Below, piece after piece: positions 25,601-37,516 of a stretch of DNA of 64,000 nucleotides. The notes under the pieces are model-generated. The model did not search any database and was not told the DNA's origin. It saw only the letters and a program-made list of their open reading frames with translations. Source of the DNA: Macrostomum lignano (Eukaryota); NCBI GenBank assembly GCA_002269645.1, contig NIVC01001237.1, forward strand, positions 62,001 through 126,000, written 5' to 3'. Positions within the stretch are counted from its first letter, which is position 1, and every line of letters starts with the position of its first letter. Position numbers and translations under genes: made by a program.

Positions 25601-28600
25601 GTTAAAGGCAATATGTGAATAAGAATTCGTGAAGGGGAATCAAATGTAGCAGGCCTCGAGAACGAGAATCTTGGAAGGGGAATTACTGAAGGTGAACTCT
25701 TTGCGGAAAATTTGGGGGAAGTGAAATTCAGGAAGGAGAGTAGAGAAAAAGAAGTTCTTTCAAGGGAATTCTAGAATTGGGGAGGGGAATTCAGAAAGAG
25801 GCATTCAGGAAGAAGAATTGGGGAGGGGAATCCGGGAAGGAGAGTCGGGAGAGGGGAATTCGGGAAGGGAAATTCGGGAAAGAGAATCAGGAGAGGGAAA
25901 TTCGGGAAAGAGAATCGGGAAGGGAAATTCGGGAAAGAGAATCGGGAAGGGAAATTCGGGAAAGAGAATCGGGAAGGGAAATTCGGGAAGGAGAATCGGG
26001 AAGGGAAATTCGGGAAAGAGAATCGGGAAGGGAAATTCGGAAGGGAGAATCGGGAGAGGGAAATTCGGGAAGGAAAATTGGTGGTGGGGAATTCGGGAAG
26101 GGGAATTCAGGAAGAATAATTATTGTTGAGAGGGATTTCATAAAAAAAATACTTTGGTAAATTGGAATTCAACCATTTTGAGTGCCTGGGAATGGCGGAC
26201 GAAGACAAATGCATTGAGGCAATTGCTAGAGAGAATTCGTAGGGAAATTTCTGCAGGGAATCGCAAAGAGTTTAGCATACTGATGCAATCAACACACCTG
26301 AGCAGAAGCGCACACAGAGTCGACCCGATCGCCCAGCACCAGGACGTCGCTCTCAAGCAGCGCGTGCTTCTCCAACAGGTCATCAACTGCCATCAGATGG
26401 CGGCCAAAATCCTCCGAACTCAATCGGCCGTCCAGTTCTTCAATCCAATCCAGAACGTACAGAATCTCCTGATAGATTTTCTGCACCTGCAGAGTCAAGT
26501 CAAGACGCATTCGTCTGGCCCTGAGCAGGTCGAGCAGCTGCTCCCAAAGATTGAGCACATTGTCCTTTCTAGCCAGTACAGCCTCCGTGTCGTGATAGTT
26601 CTCCGATTGTAACTCGGACGCGACTCGAACCACGGCGCTGACTCGCTCCTCATAGGCGAAGATATCCGTTTCGATTGCTTCGTGCTTTTTAGTGGCAGCT
26701 TCAACTGCTGGCAGGTCTTGACCGAAATTATCCTGAGCTACAAGGCGCTGGTTCTCGGAGAGCCAAGTCTCCCGCATGCCGGCCTTGCGCTGAAACCTCT
26801 GAGCCAGCTGTTCCAGCTTCTCCTGTCTGATCAGCTCGTCTCTAAGCGCAATCTCTCTGGCGTGCTCGGCCTTCTCCAGTTTTTCCCAGGCTTTATTAAT
26901 TTCCGAAATCATTTTCTCTTCCTGAGGAAAATACGGTCGCTGATTGTTGGCCCGCATCTTCTGCTGTATAGTGAATAGTTGGATTTCTAAATTGCCTTTC
27001 TCCGTGAACTTGGCCGGTTTCTCAACGGTGCGGTAAGTGGAGAAAGACTGCAGCTGAGCTTGGATGCCGGGCACGGAGTTCGCCAGCTGACGGTCGTTGA
27101 GCAGCTCGACGGTCTGCTCAATCCAGGCTAGCAGGTCAGAGGTCAACCGTTCGTACTGGTCAATCAGCGAGTCGGATTCTTGCGCTTCGTTCAACACTTT
27201 TTTCAGTCGTTTCGCTTGCACAGTTTCGTCTTTCAGCTTGGAGAAGTAGTGATAGTAAGTGACAACGTAGGTCATTATCGAACGCTCGTCCGGTTGATCG
27301 ACGGACACGTCCTCGGGATCGAGCAGGCGGGCCAGGCCGAGGCGCTGGTCGGCGACGCGAAATGCGTTCTCCAAGTTGGCCAGCGGTTGCGACTTCGACA
27401 GGGCATTGTAGTCAATTAGGTCGGGGCTGTGAAATGGGTCAGGGACATGTGAGTGGGGGACGGAGCTGTAATTGCTAAAACTGATCACTGCAGGCAGCTG
27501 TCAAATACAGGCAGCTGTCAAATACAGGCAGTTGTCACTGCAGGCAGCTGTCAAATACAGGCAGCTGTCAAAACCAGGCAGCTGTCAAATACAAGCAGCT
27601 GTCAAATACAGGCAGCTGTCAAATACAGGCAGCTGTCAAATACAGGCATTTGTCACTGCAGGCAGCTGTCACTGCAGGCAGTTGTCACTGCAGGCAGTTG
27701 TCACTGCAGGCAGTTGTCACTGCAGGCAGTTGTCACTGCAGGCAGTTGTCACTGCAGGCAGTTGTCACTGCAGGCAGTTGTCACTGCAGGCAGTTGTCAC
27801 TGCAGGCAGTTGTCACTGCAGGCAGTTGTCACTGCAGGCAGTTGTCACTGCAGGCAGTTGTCACTGCAGGCAGTTGTCACTGCAGGCAGTTGTCACTGCA
27901 GGCAGTTGTCACTGCAGGCAGTTGTCACTGCAGGCAGTTGTCACTGCAGGCAGTTGTCACTGCAGGCAGTTGTCACTGCAGGCAGTTGTCACTGCAGGCA
28001 GTTGTCACTGCAGGCAGTTGTCACTGCAGGCAGCTGTCACTGCAGGCAGTTGTCACTGCAGGCAGTTGTCACTGCAGGCAGTTGTCACTGCAGGCAGCTG
28101 TCACTGCAGGCAGTTGTCACTGCAGGTACATTATGTGCTTAGTGTATTGGCATTCCAAGTATAGATAACAGAATATTTTCTTTGACAAAAACTTAAAGTA
28201 CACAAAAAATTATATCTTCGTATATTAGCTCTAAAAAACATATTTAGAGGTCACGTCAATCCCTCCATTCAACTCCCAATATAATGTAAACGTCTGTTTG
28301 CCAATTAAAGTACACCGTCTCATCAATAAAAACACGCCACTCATGGTTGGCTCACGCGCATAGAAAAAAGCGTCGCAATCAGCAACTTGTGTCGGCTCCT
28401 GACAGCTTACATGCTGAGTGGAGAGACGGTGAGGAAAGAGACGAGAGTGAATGGGAATTGAATGGGAACTCGTCAGGCTGACCGTGCAATGTAGCTAAAA
28501 TATGAGTACAGTGGGGCAGATTGGATCTGCAGTGAACAGGATTCAAATAGGCTATGAGTACAGTGCATACTCAAGCACACTCTTCCTGCTTGAATAGTTT

Positions 28601-28861
28601 TGTGGGCAGTTTAGTGGCTCAGATAGACAGACAGGACAAAATTTAGTCTGAAGCCAAGTTTATGTGTAAAATTTTGTTGAACTGAAGTGGAATGAGTGAA
28701 ATGCGCCAGTATGAAAGTCGATATAGCACCGAGGCATTCCAAGACGTCTAAATCAATAAAGCATTTAGATTTCTTGTACCGATAGACAGACAGACAGACA
28801 CTAAGACAGACAGACCGACACACAGACAGACAGACACTAAGACAGACAGACAGACACTAAA

Positions 28862-28900
<39 letters not shown>

Positions 28901-28903
28901 CTA

Positions 28904-28940
<37 letters not shown>

Positions 28941-28967
28941 TACAGACAGACAGACAGACAGACAGAC

Positions 28968-29013
<46 letters not shown>

Positions 29014-32000
29014 GCTTTAGAGCTTTTTAAAACAATAATCCTTTTAATTACACGTACAGTCCCGCGGTGGGTTGAGAAGCTGGGGAAGTCTTCTATAATA
29101 TACGAATTGATGGAATTAGTCAATCCTTAAAGCGGTTCGCACAGAGAGAAAAAAGAAGAAATAGATTCGCCGCTACAGCCTGAGAAGCGGCGGAGATGGA
29201 TCTACGAAACGAATTCGAACGCAAGTCGACTCTCTCAACCTCAAAGAGACTGCAGGCGGGCACCATCATTCGTTTATTCCCGATTTCTTCAATTTTGCGG
29301 GCCTCTCATTAATGAGATTTCCTATAATAATGTCTTCAATTTAGATTTTTCTATCATTCTCTTTTAGTGTGGGGAAGTCTATGCAGTTAAACTGTTATAA
29401 TATATATAACATCGTAAGATCTCTGAAGCAAAAATAAAAGTCAGTCAGCTATGAGCGCATATAGTATCAAACTATGCACATACTATACTAGATATATACC
29501 GGTACTAAGATGATTGAACGGCGCCTGCACACTGCACTGGAAGGATGGGACACCACCGACCGGTCCTATAGTGATTAAATTACCGACTTTGGAAGAGATA
29601 GATAGCTATAGGCCTTCAAATTTCGGGACGAGATCTCAGGCGGCCCTAACTCTCTTCCTCTCACTCTCGCGTCCTCTATCTAGCGATAGAATCTATAGAT
29701 ATACGAGCTATATTATAAAGTGTAGAGGCTGCGGGAAAATTAGGAAATCCCGTCCTTCGCTTGATGACGCCGAGGGAAAAAGAAAAACTTGATTGAGAGA
29801 TGGGGAACGAACTGATGGGGGGGGGATTTTCAAGGAATCCCTGAAAAAATTCTCTATGCAGGATATACGACGTGGCAAGTGAAATAATAGGAAGGAAGTT
29901 GAATCTGAAGGGCCCGTCTGTTCAAATTTATTTTATCGGATTTTTTGCGATCTAAAGTGGAAAAGCTTTTAGAAAATTGTTTATTATATGAAGCTCAGAT
30001 TTTAATAAAGACTACTACTCACCTAAAAAACTGGATTACGATATTGTTTTGTGCAACTAAAATTTAGGTGTAGCATAGCTGATTAACCTAAAATTTAAGC
30101 TAACAAATGGCTGTTAGAATGGATTCCTCACCTTCACCAAAACATAAAGGCGAGACAGCTAGTTACCTAAAAATTATTTAGAGATGGCTAGTCACCTAAA
30201 ACATAGATTGGGATAGCTAGTCACCTAAAACTAGATAGAGATGGCTAGTCACCTAAAACTAGATAGAGATGGCTAGTCACCTAAAACATAGATTGGGATA
30301 GCTAGTCACCTAAAATTAGATAGAGATGGCTAGTCACCTAAAACATAGATTGAGATGGCTAGTCACCTAAAACTAGATAGAGATGGCTAGTCACCTAAAA
30401 TTAGATAGAGATGGCTAGTCACCTAAAACTAGATAGAGATGGCTAGTCACCTAAAACATAGATTGGGATAGCTAGTCACCTAAAACTTATACATCGATGC
30501 TAGTCACCTAGAAATTAGTGTCAGCTAATCAGCATAATTCACAAATGCTTTTCATAGTCCACTCGCAGGTGAAAATATATATTTGCACAAGCTCCAATAG
30601 GAGCATTATAAGAGTTCTGTATCAAATGATTGTAGCAAAAGTTGTACACTCTATCTGCGTCACGCATTACTGTTTGGTACAAGCGCTTGTACCAAAGAGA
30701 TGATGGCGAATGCCAATATGGTTGGAAATTTTCGTTTACCCAAACTATTTGTAATCTGTATTGGCACTGACGGTGCTCATTTACAACTGCTGACAATCAT
30801 ACAGGGCTCTTTTGTACAACTGACACATTTGTATAACCCTGACAATCACTCCTTGACACACATTTATATACTCCTGACAGTCACTCCTGACATACATTTA
30901 TATACTCATGACAGTAACTCCTGACACATTTATATACTCCTGACAGTCACTCCTGACACATTTATATACTCCTGAAAGTCACTCCTGACACATTTATATA
31001 CTCATGACAGTCCCTTCTGACACATTTATATACTCCCGACATACATTTATATACTCCTGACAGTCACTCCTGACAGTCACTCCTGACACATTTATATACT
31101 CCTGAAAGTCACTCCTGACACATTTATATACTCCTGAAAGTCACTCCTGACACATTTATATACTCATGACAGTCCCTTCTGACACATTTATATACTCCCG
31201 ACATACATTTATATACTCCTGACAGTCACTCCTGACACATTTATATACCCTTACAATCACTCCTGACACATTAATATACTCCTGACAGTCTCTCACTGAC
31301 ACATTTATATACCCCTGACAGTCACTCCTGACACATTAATATACTCCTGACAGTCACTCTTGACACATTTATATACTCATGACAGTCCCTCCTGACATAC
31401 ATTTATATACTCCCGACATACATTTATATACCCCTGACAGTCCCTCCTGACACATTTATATACCCCTGACAGTTACTCCTGATAGCCATTCCTACTACGA
31501 GCGTAGGTAGACATCAAGCCTGACTTGTTTACACTTAAATTACGTATTCTTAAAAAGTACACAATGTACCCAAAGTGTCTAGAGGAACAAATTTAATAGC
31601 AATACAAAGTTCCAGACGAACTTTACCTAACTGAATAAATAAATAAACAGACAGGACCGATTCTCGCCGCGCCGCACTGTTTAACATGGAAATTTGTGTA
31701 TTAAATTTGGATAGAAAAATATATCCCTTCTCACTTCCCCCTCACTCTGTCTCCCTATTCGCCTGTCCCAAAAGACTGCGGAGTCAGGCCCAGCTGTATA
31801 ATAAATAAAGGCTTGACCGTGTCTGCACTCAGCACTGAATTCTGTTCCCCTAGAATAGAAGCAGAAAATTTTGGCCTGTACTTTTCCTCATCTCTCTCTT
31901 ACCCAGACTCTCTCTCTCTAATTCACGCTCTCATTTTCATTCTTTCCAGTCCGTATGCCTGCTATAGGGGGATCGAAGACTCCAACCCTTAAGTCCGTCC

Positions 32001-32356
32001 TAACCCGAAGTTCACTGTGCGCCTGCTAGCTAATACTCGACACTTCTTCTTTAACGCAAGAGATAGTGAAGTATTTAGTAACAGACAGACAGACACTAAG
32101 ACAGACAGACACTAAGACAAGCAGACAGACAGACAGAAACTAAAACAGACAGACAGACAGAAAGACAGACAGACAGATAAATAGACAGACAGACAGACAG
32201 ACAGACACTAAAACAGATAGACAGACAGACAGACACTAAGACAGACAGACACTAAGACAAGCAGACAGACAGACAGAAACTAAAACAGACAGACAGACAG
32301 AAAGACAGACAGACAGATAAATAGACAGACAGACAGACAGACAGACACTAAGACAC

Positions 32357-32453
<97 letters not shown>

Positions 32454-34433
32454 ATCAGTGAGAGCTCCTGCATGCATAGTCAAAATTGAAGTACATCAGC
32501 GCGGCAATAGGATCGATTAAAATGAGAGAGAACTGAGATTAGAATTTGGGGACAAAAAACTTATTGGCATTGCTTGAAATTCCAAACTCCAGCTTAGCTT
32601 ATCAAGCATAAATATAGAACACGGGGCTTAGCTCGTATACAGAGAGGAAAAGGTGCCCTGTCGACTAAATAAATATTCCAAAAATTCTCGTTGGGCAGCA
32701 CGCACGCAATTTTGCGGGATCGCTTTGTGCAGGTCGTGTTTGCTCATAATCACTATTAGCCAATAGCAGCTATGCAGCGCTAGTTCATATAGACCTAAGT
32801 TAGTGCGTTCGTCTGTAACTGGGACAGCAATTCAGTTGAAAGAAGGAAATTTATGATTGCGATAAAGTTAAACCTATTTAGCTTTATGGGAGAAGTTGGC
32901 TATATTAATGCACTCATATATAGGAGCTACATGTTTATGTCTAGCAATGTAAACTTTAGCAGGTGAGAGAGACTGTCTAACAGGTGAGAGAGACTGTCTA
33001 ACAGGTGAGAGAGACTGTCTAACAGGTGAGACCTTGTCTAACAGGTGAGACCTTGTCTAACAGGTGAGACCCTGTCTAGCAGGTGAGAGAGACTGTCTAA
33101 CAGGTGAGAGAGACTGTCTAACAGGTGAGACCTTGTCTAACAGGTGAGACCTTGTCTAACAGGTGAGAGAGACTGTCTAACAGGTGAGACCCTGTCTAGC
33201 AGGTGAGAGAGACTGTCTAACAGGTTAGAGAGACTGTCTAACAGGTGACAGAGACTGTCTAACAGGTGAGACCCTGTCTAGGTGAGAGAGACTGTCTAAC
33301 AGGTCTGTCTGTCTGTCTGTCTAACAGGTGAGACCCTGTCTAACAGGTGAGAGAGACTGCCTAACAGGTGAGAGAGACTGCCTAACAGGTGAGAGAGACT
33401 GTCTAACAGGTGACAGAGAATGTCTAACAGGTGAGAGAGACTCTAAGAGGTGAGACCCTGTCTAACAGGTGAGAGAGACTGTCTAACAGGTGACAGAGAC
33501 TGTCTAACAGGTGACAGAGACTGTCTAACAAATGAGAGAGACTGCCTAACAGGTGAGAGAGACTGTCTAGCAGGTGAAAGAGACTGTCTAACAGGTGAGA
33601 GAGACTGTCTAACAGGTGAGAGACACTGTCTAACAGGCGAGGCTCTAACTAACGGCACAAGACTGTATAACAATAAAGACATATATTGTACTTACTTAAC
33701 AAGTAAAGCATCATATAACTGAAAGTACTTTTTCAAACAAGTAAAGTGCAAATGCAGTTTAACAGAAAAAGGAAACATTTCACTGTTGCAACAAAACCCA
33801 CCGATTAAAAAATATACAACTTCCCATTTGAACCAACTCAGAACCGAATGTTACATAATATATTTTACATTCTTTAGAAGCAGCAGCAAAGATTATGAAT
33901 TAAAAGGGTTGACTGATGAGGTTCAAACCATTTAAGCAGACCAAGCAGATTCTGACTAAATAAAAAAATGTCTCCCTAGAGTCAAAGCGTTGACGCTGAC
34001 GAGAGATAAAAAAGCAATTACAAGAAAGTAGACGGCAGGCAGCCAGGCAGAAACCCCAAACACTGATCAGTCTATCTGTGTCCTCATTCGGCTACACCCT
34101 GCTCACTGACAGTCGTTGCCGTTAATCAATACTAAGAAATAAAATCAATTATTCCCAGGGTCCTCGGGGGCATACGCGGAGGGCTACGTAGCCTCAATAC
34201 CAACTGGCTTTAGCGTTAGCTATTCCACTGTAAACTCAGCTTTTTTATATCTGAATGCATTCTTTCTTTGATGCCAGGGCTTGAGAAAGGAAATCAATTT
34301 TTAAACAAAAAACACAATCGCTACTGCATCCATGCTTGAGAAACTTGCGCACGGCATATGCGTGATTTGAATCAGATCAAAACTAAAAGGACAGATGAAC
34401 TGCGCCATTTTTACAGCAGAACAACGGACAAAC

Positions 34434-34482
<49 letters not shown>

Positions 34483-34541
34483 CACAGACATACAGAAACA
34501 CAGAGAGACAGACAGACAGAGAGACAGACAGACAGACACTA

Positions 34542-34594
<53 letters not shown>

Positions 34595-34595
34595 C

Positions 34596-34640
<45 letters not shown>

Positions 34641-34719
34641 TAGACAGACAGACAGACACGCAGACAGCCAGACACAGACACACAGACAGACAGACAGACA
34701 GATAGACAGACAGACACTA

Positions 34720-34763
<44 letters not shown>

Positions 34764-35606
34764 GCTAAAACAGAGAGTAAATACGCATTGACAGCAAATG
34801 CGAACAGCCAGATAAGACTGTCAACACGGACAATACGAACAGCTAGGCAGGCAGGCAGCTCACCGATGCTTGTGAATGATGGCATTAAACGCCAGTCCGT
34901 CTCGCCAGCTGTTAGTGAAGTTTCGCACATTCACATTGGCGTAGCCGGCAGTTTTCATCTGGCACCACAGCAGCAGGGCGTCCTTGGCCAGGCGACTGTC
35001 GCCGCTGCTCACCCGGCCAGCTGACGGTGTTGAATACGCCAGTCCCGCCGGCGCGGCCGACATGTAGGGCACCGCCGTGCTGGCCACGCTGAAGTCGCGC
35101 CTATCGAACACCACATCCTGAATCTGGAAGCGCAATATAATAGTCCAAATCAGGCCGAGGGTGAGCCTAGCGCTTCCGTCCACAATATCGTGAGCTCCCA
35201 TGTTCTCCAGGTGAACGCATTGGTCGCTCAGGTAGGCCAAAGCTTTATCGACATTTTCTAGGCAGTGAATTCGCATTCGACCGCGAGTCGGTCTCGGCAA
35301 CTGGTCGCCAGTGATGAGCTCGAGTAGGCGCAGCAGCAGGCGACCATCTCGAAGGTCCAAGTAGAGTTCGTCGACTTGTAGCGACTCTTTTGTCAGGTGA
35401 GAATTCACCCACTTGGTGAAGGTCTTCTTTTGAACGGCCTCGCGCTCGTCGGCCAGAGCTTTGATGCGCGAGCGTTCAAATAATTTAGCAGTTGAGTTGG
35501 CCGAATCGAAGTCGGACAGATCGTCGTTGCCGTTTTCGGTGTGATTGTTGTTTGACACGTTGGGCTCCCAGTGCAGGGCCCGGTGGTTTGTCTCGAGTTC
35601 TACCAT
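10626..35606 (-). CDS. beta-Spec: Beta-spectrin (conventional; 2 CH domains, spectrin repeats, PH domain), 14 exons, about 2387 aa
   Basis: Exons (minus strand): 35606-34864, 27426-26298, 25568-24675, 23809-23240, 22498-21974, 21169-20375, 19937-19566, 17001-16606, 15146-14954, 14583-14027, 13366-13138, 12834-12570, 11531-11279, 10868-10626. All GT-AG, phases compatible, total 7164 nt. Motifs: [53 protein letters not shown] domain ([18 protein letters not shown]), C-terminal [12 protein letters not shown]. Confidence 0.96.
10990..11231. repeat. 22-bp minisatellite in spectrin intron 13
   Basis: Unit about GTCAGTAGGGCTAGATGTCTGT. Confidence 0.92.
11550..12478. repeat. 15-bp minisatellite in spectrin intron 12
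   Basis: Unit CCAGCACCAGGGGCG (variant TTAGCACCAGGGGCT); includes a duplicated segment of about 65 bp at 11558-11690. Confidence 0.97.
13425..13945. repeat. 62-bp minisatellite in spectrin intron 10
   Basis: Unit CTCTGAAATGTACACTGATTCTCCGGCTCTCTTACCCAGCCCTTCCGCTCCCGACACCCTAG. Confidence 0.95.
14665..14890. repeat. 16-bp minisatellite in spectrin intron 9
   Basis: Unit ATCCTCAAAATGT(A/C)AC. Confidence 0.92.
15255..16460. repeat. 81-82-bp minisatellite in spectrin intron 8
   Basis: Unit TCACAGTGTACATCCTCTCCCCTGTTTATCCGACCCTAAAGTGTACATTCTTATCTCTAGCCCTTTTCTCTCCCTCCCCTAA. Confidence 0.96.
17140..18040. repeat. 42-bp (2 x about 21) minisatellite in spectrin intron 7
   Basis: Unit GTTTGGAATCTGAAATGGGGATATTTG(G/T)GATCTGAAATGAGG. 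Confidence 0.95.
18566..19530. repeat. 23-bp minisatellite in spectrin intron 7
   Basis: Unit GATACTGATTGACAGGTAG(A/C)TAG, with longer composite repeats toward 19530. Confidence 0.95.
19975..20300. repeat. 24-bp minisatellite in spectrin intron 6
   Basis: Unit TTAGAGTGA(T/C)AAGAAGAGTGCTAA. Confidence 0.88.
21205..21935. repeat. 22-bp then 19-bp minisatellite in spectrin intron 5
   Basis: TATTCGAATC(C/G)CAATTAGCTAC switching to TATTCGAATCCCAAAATG(G/C). Confidence 0.95.
22545..23200. repeat. 24-bp minisatellite in spectrin intron 4
   Basis: Unit CTTCAGTGAGTCTCTGCT(A/T/G)CCCT(C/T). Confidence 0.95.
23855..24660. repeat. 31-bp minisatellite in spectrin intron 3
   Basis: Unit GTACACCAATGTACAGACCCGTGCACAATAA. 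Confidence 0.96.
25790..26110. repeat. 27-bp purine-rich minisatellite in spectrin intron 2
   Basis: Unit GGGAAATTCGGGAAAGAGAATCGGGAA. Confidence 0.92.
27485..28127. repeat. 16-bp minisatellite in spectrin intron 1
   Basis: Unit GCAGGCAGTTGTCACT; 19-bp variant CAGGCAGCTGTCAAATA(C) at the left edge. Confidence 0.96.
28780..29012. repeat. Compound (GACA)n microsatellite
   Basis: GACA run with CACTAA(G/A) interruptions. Confidence 0.95.
30160..30512. repeat. 28-29-bp minisatellite in spectrin intron 1
   Basis: Unit TAGAGATGGCTAGTCACCTAAAACTAGA. Confidence 0.93.
30830..31480. repeat. About 32-bp minisatellite in spectrin intron 1
   Basis: Unit CTCCTGACACATTTATATACTCCTGACAGTCA. Confidence 0.93.
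32080..32450. repeat. Compound (GACA)n microsatellite
   Basis: GACA run with CACTAAG and AAACTAAAA interruptions, internally duplicated. Confidence 0.95.
32958..33640. repeat. 21-bp minisatellite in spectrin intron 1
   Basis: Unit TAACAGGTGAGAGAGACTGTC. Confidence 0.95.
34425..34765. repeat. Compound (GACA)n microsatellite
   Basis: GACA run with CACTAAG interruptions, about 100 bp from the spectrin exon 1 donor. Confidence 0.95.
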
Positions 35607-37204
35607 GACTACTTTTTTCTTCTGAGATAGATTTCCTTGAAACTTCTAGTGTTGAAACTGAATTACAGTTTAACACTCGTGATGTTAATAGTTTTGTTTC
35701 AGAAATAATAAAAATTATAAAAAATGAAATAACTAGAAGTTACTCTTATAGTATACACTGTATTCAAATAGATAATTATACACATCGTTTTAAATTAAAT
35801 AAAAGCCTAATATAAGACAAGAGCTTGACATATATAATTGAAAATTATTATTCCAATGATGCAAATTTCAGGTAGATATCTCACATAAAACCTGACTACT
35901 TGCTAATGACTAAAAGCTTGTTTAGTTGAATTTAAATATAAATTTGATATTGATTGTGCTTTGCATAAAATGTCTTTTCCTCATCAACTGTTAAAATTTT
36001 TATTTCTTAAAATTAAATATTTGAGCCAATGCAAGTTTACTTAAATAGTTTTTTATAAGTTTAATTTAGCCACTGCATAATTGCTAGGCTAGGGTAATAA
36101 GATTAGATGATACTAAATACATAATCTTAAGATAGAATCAAAAATATAATCTTTTGTAGTTATCGATTGTAATATTAAGTGTAAAAACCTAGTTCTTAGT
36201 GGTAATAAATATATATACAGCCAAGACAATACTATAATAAAAATATAAATATTAAAAATGTTTTTGTATTACATCATAAATAACATAAAATTAAAAAAGA
36301 GTTTAAATCAGTCAATTTTTTGTACTAAAATAAATTTGAAGTAAGCCATGTAGTTTAAAAAATGCTATGTGTAATACAAAATTATAAATGGTAATATTTG
36401 TTGCGAGTGTCACACTATCAAACATCGAACAGACACAAAATAATTAAAAGGCTAGTTGTATAACGTGACCAATATTCAATATTTATTACCTGAAATCGTA
36501 TTAAACAATCTAAATAAATGTTAAGACTAGTGTCAGTGAAAATGCTAAAAATTTAAAGACTGCAGTGCAGATGATGAAAGTTCAAAACATGGCGGGCCCA
36601 GATGCATGGATTAAACTGTACTTAAAAACAAATCAGTGCGTACTTCTTTAATCGCTCTAATGCAAGCAACATAAAAAGCATTTTAAAATTTGAATAGTTT
36701 CTAAATGCATTATGTTAAGACGAAAGCATCATAATATTAAAAAGTTTAGAACAATTCTGCAAATTTTGTTTTATTAGAAATATACGACTTAAAGGCTAAA
36801 AGCCGAAAGTTCTAAATATTTATTGTTAAATATACTATACATATCAAACTAAAGGTAAATATGAAAAACTTTCTAGACTTTTCAATGCCTTTATTGGATT
36901 TAGAAATTTACTGTTAAAACATTTTAAATAAAGGCTTTTCTAAGCAGAATCAGCGAAATAATCAGCGAAATTATAAAATTAAAATGTTCTGAAACTAACG
37001 TCTGTATTTGAGATAAATATTATTAAGACATTAAAATACAAAAAATAATTCAGTGACTTTAACGTGTATCGAAGTGTTAAAATTAAATATCGTTTTAAAG
37101 ATAGTTAGTAGTCAGATTTGTTATGACAATTAAAATGTAAGCTCACTTTTTAAGTAGAAAATTTCTAAGAAAAAGGTTATATAAGAATCATTTAGGCCCT
37201 AAAA

Positions 37205-37516
37205 CAGGTTTTTTCAGCCAAAAAAGTGTAATGCAAGCTTGCATCTCAAGCTTAAAAATGGATGCAAATATGGAAACCAGGATGCAACTTGCATATAGGT
37301 CTAAATTTAGGGAAAGTATTCAATGAAGATTCAAAAAAGTATTGAAACTAAATATTAATGCATTATGTTTTGTTTGTAACTTTTGCTAAAAAAATGACTT
37401 GCGTGCATCTTGATCTCAAAAAATGCAGATGCACGAGTTGCATCCAGTGCCAAAAAAGTGGGTGCAAATCCAAATTTCAGGGTGTAAATTACACCCTATT
37501 TGCATAAAAAACCCTG
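37205..37516. mobile_element. hAT-type MITE, 312 bp
   Basis: Ends CAGGTTTTTT...AAAAACCCTG (imperfect TIR) flanked by 8-bp near-identical duplication CCCTAAAA (37197-37204) / CCCTAATA (37517-37524); subterminal GATGCAA/TTGCATC motifs. Confidence 0.7.

Noticed and set aside
13149-26978. Plus-strand ORFs overlapping spectrin exons
   Set aside because: Antisense shadows of coding exons with no independent evidence.
29514-29792. 92-aa ORF antisense within spectrin intron 1
   Set aside because: Short, no recognisable motif, no supporting splice structure.
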